Source: Candidatus Kaiserbacteria bacterium RIFCSPHIGHO2_02_FULL_49_16
Lineage (GTDB): Bacteria; Patescibacteriota; Minisyncoccia; Phycocordibacterales; UBA2100
NCBI GenBank assembly: GCA_001781465.1
Contig: MFLD01000031.1
Span: 1 to 40,505, forward strand
Reading direction: 5' to 3'
Length of the DNA stretch: 40,505 bases
Shown here piece by piece: positions 25,127 through 32,445 of the stretch (position 1 is the stretch's first letter; every line of letters begins with the position of its first letter). The notes beneath the pieces are model-generated. The model was not told the DNA's origin, searched no databases, and saw only the letters and a list, made by a program, of their open reading frames with translations. Made by a program: the position numbers and the translations under genes.

Positions 25127-25162
25127 TGATATAGGCTAATTCGCGCGAATTAGCCTATATCA
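25127..25162. promoter_or_regulatory. 36-bp perfect loop-less palindrome between csoR and copA
   Basis: TGATATAGGCTAATTCGC|GCGAATTAGCCTATATCA overlaps the csoR stop codon (25160-25162) and lies 46 nt upstream of the copA ATG. Whether it is an operator or a hairpin is unresolved. Confidence 0.5.
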
Positions 25163-25417
25163 CTTTCGTTTGAGCTTGTAGACAGTCAGAATTTCCTCGA
25201 TTGCCTTCTTCGCGCTCCCGCTTTGTATCTGCTTCACAACGCAGGAAGAAAGATGCCTTTCCAAAATCATATTTTCAACATTTGAAAGCCCCTGCTTCAC
25301 GGCGGAGCTTTGCGTAATGACATCAATGCAATAAGCGCCTTTTTCAATCATTTCCCGGAGCCCGCGGACTTGCCCTTCGATAATCCGCAGGCGCTGGCCG
25401 ATTTTGTTTTTTTTCAT
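25160..25417 (-). CDS. csoR: CsoR/RcnR-family metal-sensing repressor
   Basis: 85 aa. RLRIIEGQVRGLREMIEKGAYCIDVITQSSAV ... ERHLSSCV has the C-H-C ligand pattern of copper-sensing CsoR. Confidence 0.85.
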   Translation of the reverse strand: MKKNKIGQRLRIIEGQVRGLREMIEKGAYCIDVITQSSAVKQGLSNVENMILERHLSSCVVKQIQSGSAKKAIEEILTVYKLKRK

Positions 25418-25424
25418 CGGAAAT

Positions 25425-25667
25425 TCACGCGTTAATGTCTTTCTTCATGCTCTCAAACTGCTCCTTCGTGAGCTCGCCTTTCGCGTAGCGCGTCCTGAGC
25501 ACGTCCAGCGCAGAATGATGTCCGGTCGATCCGCCGTTGGCGGGTGGCTGTCGCACAAGCCAGACAATACCTGCGATGACGAGAGCCCAGAACGCGAGCA
25601 TTCCAATAAACCCGATAAAATGAAATGGCCAAAAGTCACCGCCATAATTTCCCCAGTAGTACATCAT
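25425..25667 (-). CDS. SHOCT-domain membrane protein
   Basis: 80 aa with one TM helix and a C-terminal LDVLRTRYAKGELTKEQFESMKKDI (SHOCT-like). Confidence 0.65.
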   Translation of the reverse strand: MMYYWGNYGGDFWPFHFIGFIGMLAFWALVIAGIVWLVRQPPANGGSTGHHSALDVLRTRYAKGELTKEQFESMKKDINA

Positions 25668-25722
25668 ATAAATAGTTAGTAGTTAGTAAAGGATGCCAGA
25701 CTAATTAGCCGATAATGCCACC

Positions 25723-25750
25723 AGTATACCCCCCTGAGGGTATACTGCAA
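25723..25750 (-). promoter_or_regulatory. CsoR-type operator overlapping a sigma70-like promoter of the copper operon
   Basis: The palindrome AGTATACCC-ccctga-GGGTATACT spans 25723-25746. On the minus strand it reads TTGCAG (25750-25745), a 16-nt spacer, then TATACT (25728-25723). This is 56 nt upstream of the SHOCT ATG. Confidence 0.65.
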
Positions 25751-25774
25751 GCGACGTCAGCTGTGGATACTGGG

Positions 25775-26740
25775 TTAAGGCTGTTGTACGCAGTAGACCG
25801 CGGTTGGAGTATCGTCGCAATTAATACCAGCTACCGTTCCATCAACGTCTGAACTTAAAACTGATTGCCCGCTATCACTTAATGTCGCCGCCAAAACGTA
25901 CTTGGTACATGGAGTCACCGCGCATACATTATTACTATCATTGAGGGATATATATGAATATGCGGCCCCAGTAGTAGGATCTGCGGGTATCGAGGAGATG
26001 TAATTATTGTTAACAAGATCCGAGAAAGATGATATGGGGTATGTCCCGGCTTCGACGTAATTTAGCTCGAGCGCGAGTTGAAGTTGCTTAATGTCGATAA
26101 TGCGGCGCGCATCAACTGATTTCATGCGCGCGATATTAAGACTTGCTAAGACAACCGATGAAAGAATCCCGATAGCAATGGGGATTAGAAGTCCTACAAT
26201 CAGTGCAACTACTATCCAGACAGTTTTTGACTTAGACGGGTCATTTTCTACGACAACAGTATCGGCAATCTTGTCGTGTAGTCCCTGCTTCTTACCTGTC
26301 CAAGCGACCATGAGGTAACCGATGCCAAGAATAATTGATGAAATAAATTTACCGACAACTTCTCGCAGAAGGGCCCGCCCAAGGCCGACTCTCTCTCCAT
26401 TCGCCCGTAGAACGCGCAATCCGACTGCCATTTTCCCTAGAGTCGCCTGATATGTCGTTATCATGAAAACCGCATACCCCCAAGGAATAAAAAGACTTAT
26501 CGCTGATTTCCACAACAAGCTTTCAGTCCCTGCGTTTGATAAAGAAATAAGAAGTTGTAGAACTACCAAGAATAATCCGTCGACAAAAAGAGCCGCTGCT
26601 CGAACCCAAAAGCCAGCATATTTAGTCGGAATGGCACCCGCAACGAACGCGGGCATTTGCGGTACAGTTTGCGGACCTGGCACAGAAAATTGAGGCGATA
26701 CACTAAAAGCAGAAGCAGGCGGAACTTGCTCATTTGGCAT
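25775..26740 (-). CDS. RDD-family membrane protein fused to a type IV pilin-like C-terminal domain
   Basis: YAGFWVRAAALFVDGLFL... is RDD-like. After the last TM the sequence is SSVVLASLNIARMKSVDARRIIDIKQLQLALELNYVEAGTYP, like the post-helix region of CPR type IV pilins. The track start at 26812 is TTG, and the ATG is at 26740. Confidence 0.6.
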   Translation of the reverse strand: MPNEQVPPASAFSVSPQFSVPGPQTVPQMPAFVAGAIPTKYAGFWVRAAALFVDGLFLVVLQLLISLSNAGTESLLWKSAISLFIPWGYAVFMITTYQATLGKMAVGLRVLRANGERVGLGRALLREVVGKFISSIILGIGYLMVAWTGKKQGLHDKIADTVVVENDPSKSKTVWIVVALIVGLLIPIAIGILSSVVLASLNIARMKSVDARRIIDIKQLQLALELNYVEAGTYPISSFSDLVNNNYISSIPADPTTGAAYSYISLNDSNNVCAVTPCTKYVLAATLSDSGQSVLSSDVDGTVAGINCDDTPTAVYCVQQP

Positions 26741-26854
26741 AATAAATTGTGTTAGCGTATATCCCACGAGTATACGCTCGTGGTGTGCATTGAACACATT
26801 AGACCGTCGCAACTGTGGAAAACCTCAGGCCTGTCCCATCATTGACTATTCAAC

Positions 26855-26896
26855 GTATGACTCTAGCTCGTCCAGCCGGACGAGCTAGAGTCATAC
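26855..26896. repeat. Perfect 19-bp-stem hairpin (4-nt loop) 3' of the DUF167 gene
   Basis: GTATGACTCTAGCTCGTCC (26855-26873), loop agcc, GGACGAGCTAGAGTCATAC (26878-26896). Confidence 0.9.
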
Positions 26897-26917
26897 CCAA
26901 CATCGAGCATCAGAAAA

Positions 26918-27139
26918 CTATTCCAAAATAGATAGCGTCTTGGACGGAGTGTGATGGTCGCTTATTATCCTCACTTTTTTTGCCGGTATGCCGAGACGCT
27001 CCGCTATTATTTTGATGACCCTCATGTTCGCAGAGTTTCTCTCCGCCTTCTCTTTTACGGATATCTTAAAACTAGTTGTGGCCATTTGTTCCACAACTTC
27101 TTTTTTCTGTCCTGTTTTCACCCGCACTTTTATGAGCAT
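26918..27139 (-). CDS. DUF167 (YggU-like) protein
   Basis: MLIKVRVKTGQKKEVVEQ...FKISVKEKAERNSANMRVIKIIAERLGIPAKKVRIISDHHTPSKTLSI. The track start at 27202 is TTG and would overlap the upstream gene. The ATG is at 27139. Confidence 0.65.
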   Translation of the reverse strand: MLIKVRVKTGQKKEVVEQMATTSFKISVKEKAERNSANMRVIKIIAERLGIPAKKVRIISDHHTPSKTLSILE

Positions 27140-27158
27140 AATCTGACGGAGAAAATGT

Positions 27159-27353
27159 TTACTGTTTCTTGAGAAATGTTTTGTATACGATGACTCCGTC
27201 AATAATCAATCCCGCGATGCCTATGAACAGCAGAAGAAAAAGGGCCCACCGCGGTAAGGTGTTGCCAGTGATGAGAGCGTACAGCGACAACAGCGCGATG
27301 CTCGGAAAAGCAATAAGTCCAAGGATATCGAAACTTTCGGGACGGACATTCAT
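27159..27353 (-). CDS. 64-aa two-helix membrane protein
   Basis: ATG start and two hydrophobic helices (ILGLIAFPSIALLSLYALI; ALFLLLFIGIAGLIIDGVIV). Confidence 0.5.
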   Translation of the reverse strand: MNVRPESFDILGLIAFPSIALLSLYALITGNTLPRWALFLLLFIGIAGLIIDGVIVYKTFLKKQ

Positions 27354-27558
27354 GTATTCATTGTATCACTTTTGTAGAAATCAAAGCGTGAGCTAGCACA
27401 ATCGGCATCCGCTCAAACTTATATACTTATCAGGCCCGGTCGGCCCCGATAAGTATATGCGTGAGAATCCGGAGCGGTTTTCTTATCAACACTCCAAACA
27501 ATTCCGCCGATATTGTGAGTTATAATACACGCGTAATTTAACAACTCTAATATTTTTT

Positions 27559-27792
27559 ATGGACAATACAAAAGTGCTGGTTGGGGCGGTTGTTGGAGTG
27601 GTTATCGGTCTTGTCGGCGGATATTATTTCGGGTACGACCGAGGCTGGGAGAGTGCAGTGACTGCGGCGAAAGCGGAGGCGGCCAAAGCTGTCGAGGCAA
27701 CAGTTAATCCGTTCGCGGATGTCAAAACGAATCCGCTTGAGGACGTAAAGACTAACCCTTACGAAAACGTAAAAACTAACCCCTTCCAATAA
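27559..27792 (+). CDS. 77-aa membrane-anchored protein with C-terminal VKTNP repeats
   Basis: TM helix VLVGAVVGVVIGLVGGYYFG, then DVKTNPLEDVKTNPYENVKTNPFQ. A TATAAT box lies at 27522-27527 upstream. Confidence 0.6.
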   Translation: MDNTKVLVGAVVGVVIGLVGGYYFGYDRGWESAVTAAKAEAAKAVEATVNPFADVKTNPLEDVKTNPYENVKTNPFQ

Positions 27793-27796
27793 CACC

Positions 27797-29776
27797 ATGA
27801 GTAACAAACTTGGCGCTTTCGGGGTATTCGCCGGGACTCTGCTCCTTGCCGGCGTCGCCTTCGCGCAGGAAAGCACTATTACTTTCCCTGTTCCAGAGCT
27901 CGGCAATTGTACGACCAAAGAGCAGTGCAAAACCTATTGCGACAACCCGACAAATCACGATTCTTGCATCGCGTTTGCGGAATCGCACGGACTGATGAGC
28001 AAAGAAGAAGTGAGAATCGCGCGCGCGGTCGGGACAGAGAAAGGACCCGGCGGATGCGTTGGACTCCAATGTAAAACATATTGCGACGATGAGAAAAATA
28101 TCGATGAGTGTTTAAGTTTCGCCAAAGAGCATAACCTTATTCCCGAAAACGAGATGGCGGTCGCGCGCGAAGTTCGAACGAAAGGGGGCCCCGGCGGATG
28201 CAGAAGCGAGAGAGAGTGCCGCGCGTACTGCGATGGCGACGGTCGGTTTGAAGAATGCATCTCGTTCGCCGAAAAACACAATCTCATACCGAAGGAGGAG
28301 CTGGAGCGCGCGAGAAAAGTCGGCGACAAGCCGGGGCCGGGAGGGTGCAGGCGAGAGGCCTGTAAGACATATTGCGAAACTCCGGGCCACATGGACGAGT
28401 GCGTTGCTTTCGCCGTGGAAAACGGATTCATGACGAAGGAGGAGGCCGAGATGGCTCGGAAAATGGGGGACAAGACAGGGCCGGGAGGGTGTCGCGGAGA
28501 AGCTTGCCGGACATATTGCGACGACCCTGCTCACGGCGAGGAATGCTTCAAGTTTGCCGAAGAGAATGGATTGATGAAACCCGAGGAAATCGAGCGCGCG
28601 AGAAAATTTATGAATAAACCCGGTCCCGGAGGATGCAAGGGTGAGGCGTGCAGGACATACTGCGAAGACCCTGCGCACGGAGATGAGTGCGTTGCCTTCG
28701 CGGTTGAGAACGGGTTTATGACCAAAGAGGAAGCCGACCGCGCGAAAAACTTCCATTCAAAAACCGGACCGGGCGGGTGCCGGGGAGAAGAATGTAAAAA
28801 TTACTGCGACAATGGGGCGCACTCGGATGAGTGTACGGCTTTTGCCGTCGAAAACGGATTCATGAGCAAAGAGGATGCCGAGCGCTCGAAAGAATTCAGG
28901 AATATGACCGGGCCGGGCGGATGCAAAGGTGAAGAATGTAAAACATTCTGCGACGACCCTGCGCACCGAGAGGAGTGCATGAAATTCGGCGAGGAGCACG
29001 GATTTGGTGGAGACCGCGGCCGGCAAGGGCCGCCGCCCGGCTCTGACGGCAGGAGAGGAGAAATGACCGGACCGGGCGGATGCAAATCCCCCGAGGAATG
29101 CAAAACCATGTGCGAATCTAACCCCGAAGCATGCCGTGGATTTGGCCCGTCTATAGGCGATTGGGTACAATCGGATGCCAGACTCATCGGCCCGCCATCA
29201 CAGGACGGAAGAGAGTTCGGCCAGGAGCGTGCTATGGAACGAAGAGGTTTCGAAATTCCTCCGGGACATATGCCTTGCCAATCCGAGGAAGAATGCAAGA
29301 AGGCATTCGAAAATAATCCAAACGCGTTTGGGGAACAACAAAGGGGAGAATTTGACCGGGGGCGGGAAACGGAATCGCGCCCGCCCGAAGGCGGGCGACT
29401 GGATGGACGGCAGATGATGAGACAGGAGGATTATCGCTCCGGGGAGACGCGCCAAGCGCCACCCGAATTCCAGAAACAATATGACACGCAGTATCAGGAA
29501 CAATACCAACGAACCGGCGCATCTGCGCAGCCTGTTCCTCAAATGAGCGGTCAGACGACGAATATGACACCAGAACAACAGCAGATGTATCAGCAATACC
29601 AGCAAACAGGAACAGCGCCATCCCCGTCCGCGCAGTACGCGCCTCCAACATCGTCCGCGACACCGCCGCCTCCTCCGCCATCATCCGAGTCTTCCTCACT
29701 TCCCCCCACGTCGCAAATAAATCGCACTGGTTTCGTCGCCGCAGTTCTCAACGTGTTCGGACCAATCTTGCGCTAA
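27797..29776 (+). CDS. Secreted protein with nine tandem ~48-aa four-cysteine repeats and a Q/P/S-rich tail
   Basis: Signal peptide AFGVFAGTLLLAGVAFAQE. The repeat unit is GPGGC(R/K)GE(A/E)C(K/R)TYCDDPAHxxEC(V/F)xFAxENGFMxKEEAxRAxK, with a DNA period of about 144-147 nt. The C-terminus is QQMYQQYQQ... PPPPPSS. Confidence 0.8.
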   Translation: MSNKLGAFGVFAGTLLLAGVAFAQESTITFPVPELGNCTTKEQCKTYCDNPTNHDSCIAFAESHGLMSKEEVRIARAVGTEKGPGGCVGLQCKTYCDDEKNIDECLSFAKEHNLIPENEMAVAREVRTKGGPGGCRSERECRAYCDGDGRFEECISFAEKHNLIPKEELERARKVGDKPGPGGCRREACKTYCETPGHMDECVAFAVENGFMTKEEAEMARKMGDKTGPGGCRGEACRTYCDDPAHGEECFKFAEENGLMKPEEIERARKFMNKPGPGGCKGEACRTYCEDPAHGDECVAFAVENGFMTKEEADRAKNFHSKTGPGGCRGEECKNYCDNGAHSDECTAFAVENGFMSKEDAERSKEFRNMTGPGGCKGEECKTFCDDPAHREECMKFGEEHGFGGDRGRQGPPPGSDGRRGEMTGPGGCKSPEECKTMCESNPEACRGFGPSIGDWVQSDARLIGPPSQDGREFGQERAMERRGFEIPPGHMPCQSEEECKKAFENNPNAFGEQQRGEFDRGRETESRPPEGGRLDGRQMMRQEDYRSGETRQAPPEFQKQYDTQYQEQYQRTGASAQPVPQMSGQTTNMTPEQQQMYQQYQQTGTAPSPSAQYAPPTSSATPPPPPPSSESSSLPPTSQINRTGFVAAVLNVFGPILR

Positions 29777-29821
29777 TTCTTGCGCGTCTCGCTTCTGGCC
29801 CAAGGCCCTATTTCCTAATTG

Positions 29822-29894
29822 AGCCGCCTCCCAGACTCGAACTGGGGACCTTCACTTTACAAAAGTGTTGCTCTACCAACTGAGCTAAGGCGGC
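29822..29894 (-). tRNA. tRNA-Thr (anticodon UGU)
   Basis: The reverse complement is GCCGCCTTAGCTCAGTTGGTAGAGCAACACTTTTGTAAAGTGAAGGTCCCCAGTTCGAGTCTGGGAGGCGGCT. The cloverleaf has a 7-bp acceptor stem, a GCTC/GAGC D stem, the anticodon loop TTTGTAA and a CCCAG/CTGGG T stem with TTCGAGT. CCA is not encoded. Confidence 0.9.
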
Positions 29895-29903
29895 GTAAGC
29901 GTA

Positions 29904-30347
29904 CTATAACTGAAGCGTTGCGTCGTCGCCACTTGAACCGCTGTTCTGGCCACTGCTAGCGCCAGAACTGCCGTTGTTTTTCGCGTGCTCGCTCACCTGC
30001 TTCAAGAATTCCGAGCGTGTTTCCCCTTTCTTGAAGTGATGCTTATGGGAAACGAAATCCGCGAGGCGATGCGCTTGCGATTCAAGAAAGCGCGCGAAGC
30101 GCGCCGCCCCAAGCGCGGCTTCATGTACCGCGACGCGCAACAAATGCATGAAAACTCCCGGAAGTTTGGACATTTCCGCGCGCTTACGAAGAAGCAATGA
30201 TTTGAGTTGTATTGCGTGTTCATCGGCTTTTTCTCGCAACTCCTGAGGAAGGACCATCTTTTGGTGCTGATCCTCGAGATGCTTAGCGACAAACAATCCG
30301 ATGATGCCCAGGAGCGAGATAAAGAAGATAATGGATGTGAAAATCAT
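29904..30347 (-). CDS. Membrane-anchored hypothetical protein
   Basis: 147 aa with an N-terminal TM helix (IFTSIIFFISLLGIIGLFV), a charged helical middle and a Ser/Gly-rich tail. Confidence 0.55.
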   Translation of the reverse strand: MIFTSIIFFISLLGIIGLFVAKHLEDQHQKMVLPQELREKADEHAIQLKSLLLRKRAEMSKLPGVFMHLLRVAVHEAALGAARFARFLESQAHRLADFVSHKHHFKKGETRSEFLKQVSEHAKNNGSSGASSGQNSGSSGDDATLQL

Positions 30348-30436
30348 AGCGATACGTTTACAGTTGACAGTGAACAGTTAACAGCAAGAAACTACCCGAA
30401 TTCTCTGTAATCTGTAAACTGTAAACTTCATATCTT

Positions 30437-31021
30437 TTATTTCACCGACAATCTCTCAAAACGCACGACCTCTATCTTCTCACCGAATTTTTGTATCGCC
30501 GAATCTATGAGCCCGCGAATCGTTATCGTCGGGTCTTTCACATACGGCTGTTCCAGAAGTATGCGCTCTTTGAGGTAGCTTTCAATCTTTCCCTCAACAG
30601 CGCGCACGCGCGCGGCCTCGGGAATATTCGCGGCTTCTTTCTCAAACACTTCAATAGCCGCCCGTTTGTCCGCATCCTTCACATCCGCGTGGGACTTGAA
30701 TTGCGGATTCATCGCCGCGATGTGCATCGCTATTCCGTACGCGAGTTTCGCGAATTCCTCGTTCTTCGCGACGAAGTCAGTTTCGCATGCGAGAACCACC
30801 GCTCCCACGACGCTTCCCCCCGCGTGCGTATAGGCGGAGGCAATTCCCGCGCCGAGCGCGCGGTCGGATTTTTTGGATGCTATCGAGGAACTTTGTTTGC
30901 GAAGAATAATCTTCGCCTTCTCCTTATCTCCATCTGCCTCTTGTAATGCCTTTTTGCACTGCATGACCGAAACTCCGGTTTCATCCCTTAATGCTTTTAT
31001 CAATTCAGTGGTGATTTCCAT
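30437..31021 (-). CDS. tsf: Translation elongation factor Ts (short form)
   Basis: 194 aa. The N-terminal UBA-like segment TELIKALRDETGVSVMQCKKALQEADGDKEKA is present, and the rpsB-tsf order is conserved. Confidence 0.9.
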   Translation of the reverse strand: MEITTELIKALRDETGVSVMQCKKALQEADGDKEKAKIILRKQSSSIASKKSDRALGAGIASAYTHAGGSVVGAVVLACETDFVAKNEEFAKLAYGIAMHIAAMNPQFKSHADVKDADKRAAIEVFEKEAANIPEAARVRAVEGKIESYLKERILLEQPYVKDPTITIRGLIDSAIQKFGEKIEVVRFERLSVK

Positions 31022-31062
31022 ACACGCACCAATCTACAAATGACTACAAATGTAAACTGTTC

Positions 31063-31857
31063 CTATTTGTAGGTATTCGTAGTATTCGTATCATTCGCAG
31101 ATTGGGACTTTGTCTTTCCTTTCTCGTATGCTTCCGCGATCGCATTCGCGACAAGTCGTATGCTTCGCACCGATGTATCGTTCGCGGGCACCGGATACTG
31201 CACTTGGGAAAAGTCGCAGTCGGAGCTGGAAAGGCCGATGACGGGAATGCCGAGCTGGTTCGCCTCGCGCACCGCTGTTTCCTCGCGCTTCGTGTCAACG
31301 ATGAAAAGCGCCGCCGGAAGTTCAAGCATCTTCACCAATCCGCCGAAGCGCGCGAGAAGCTCTGTGATTTCCCGGTCAATTAGCAGACGCTCTTTTTTCG
31401 TGTACTTCTCAAGCTCGCCCGAGTCGCGCTCGCTCATGTGCTTTTCCAATCGGTCAATGCGCTTGCGGATATTCTTAAAATTCGTGAGCGTGCCTCCTAT
31501 CCAGCGCCCGGCAACATAAGGTTCTCCTATGCGCGTGGCGACTTCTTTAACAATATCAACCGCTTCGTTCTTTCCGCCGACGAAGAGAAGCTGACGCGCA
31601 CCGCTCGCCTTTGCGCCTGTCTGCGGAGCCACAACGGCAGGAGTGTTTCCAGCGATAGAGCCCGCGAACGCGCATGCCGCTTCAAGCCGTCTCTGCGTTT
31701 CCTCAAGGTCAAAAATGTCGTTGCGGTCTTTGGTGCCAAAAATAAATGGCGAGGCCGTCGGATGGCGCCGCGTGCGCGAATAGCCAAAGTGCGCCCCCGC
31801 GTCAAATAGCGTTTTAATGTCTTGTGTTCCTGCCGTCACCCCATTAGAAGTTATCAT
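31063..31857 (-). CDS. rpsB: 30S ribosomal protein S2
   Basis: LFDAGAHFGYSRTRRHP, VGGKNEA and IVDTKREETAVREANQLGIPVIGL. The track start at 31896 is GTG. There is an ATG at 31857 (MITSNG) and an in-frame GTG at 31839. All three lie within or at the edge of element E5. Confidence 0.9.
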   Translation of the reverse strand: MITSNGVTAGTQDIKTLFDAGAHFGYSRTRRHPTASPFIFGTKDRNDIFDLEETQRRLEAACAFAGSIAGNTPAVVAPQTGAKASGARQLLFVGGKNEAVDIVKEVATRIGEPYVAGRWIGGTLTNFKNIRKRIDRLEKHMSERDSGELEKYTKKERLLIDREITELLARFGGLVKMLELPAALFIVDTKREETAVREANQLGIPVIGLSSSDCDFSQVQYPVPANDTSVRSIRLVANAIAEAYEKGKTKSQSANDTNTTNTYK

Positions 31858-31939
31858 GTTCGTGTATGTTATTTTCTTTGATTCTATAAGCACCACCTCG
31901 TCGCGCTAAAATCGCGTGTTTGCTGAACTTCAAACGGGG
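31839..31939. mobile_element. Copy E5: inverted-repeat element enclosing the rpsB start codon
   Basis: Arms CCCCATTAGAAGT (31839-31851) and ACTTCAAACGGGG (31927-31939) are 11/13 complementary. On the coding strand the arm reads ACT TCT AAT GGG (T S N G). Confidence 0.55.
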
Positions 31940-32041
31940 CAGGTGTCGCGGGAGTGTATCAAGAAAGCGATGATTTTGCAACCAAAATTGGAAAGGTGCG
32001 CTACTACGAGTTCGCGCACCTTTTTTCCAGAACTGCCGACA

Positions 32042-32302
32042 TCAAGCAGTCTGGACCGAAACGGGGTTCTGTTCTTCGGGTTGGTCGGTTGCCGTGCCGA
32101 CCACCTTCCAGAAACACTGATAGCCCGTCCGTAGTTCGAGAAAATAACGGGTGTTTCCTTCCCGTGTTTCCTCCTCGATTTTTCGCATTTTCCAGCCTTC
32201 CAGTGGGCCGTACACGCCCACGATGGAAAACTCTCTCTCCGACCCCGAGAACTGCCGGCCCAGCTCGAGTAGCTATGAGCCGCTCTCCAGTTGCGTAATC
32301 AT
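32042..32302 (-). pseudogene. Candidate small gene with a strong SD and an in-frame TAG at codon 10 (alternatively a 48-aa ORF from the ATG at 32188)
   Basis: The minus strand reads AAGGAGGatatagATG (ATG at 32302). The TAG is at 32275-32273. The same frame stays open to the TGA at 32044-32042 (…EFSIVGVYGPLEGWKMRKIEEETREGNTRYFLELRTGYQCFWKVVG…). A GGTGCGCG...CGCACC hairpin follows at 31998-32026. Confidence 0.3.
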
Positions 32303-32445
32303 CTATATCCTCCTTCTATGTGCGGAGAGCAAAGTAACCGTCGCAGTGACAGCCCTCGCTTTCCAGATGCAAACATACAGGGAAGTAAAAAAATCAACTC
32401 TCGGCTTGTGTAGTACATAAAGGCAGTCAGACTGCCCTTGTCCCC

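Noticed and set aside
26750-26785. Second CsoR-like operator upstream of the RDD gene (GCGTATA-tcccacgag-TATACGC)
   Set aside because: It is an 8-bp inverted repeat with TATA-C content, but it lacks the CCC...GGG core arrangement of the 25723-25746 site. It may simply be a hairpin or promoter element.
27955-29699. Series of 130-215 aa minus-strand ORFs overlapping the Cys-repeat gene
   Set aside because: They are generated by the 144-nt periodicity of the + strand repeats. Each repeats the same low-complexity antisense peptide. The + strand has a signal peptide and a regular Cys pattern.
250-31098. CRISPR array among the short tandem repeats
   Set aside because: The units are only 7-14 nt, degenerate and abutting, with no unique spacers of 25-40 nt. 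No cas genes are present.
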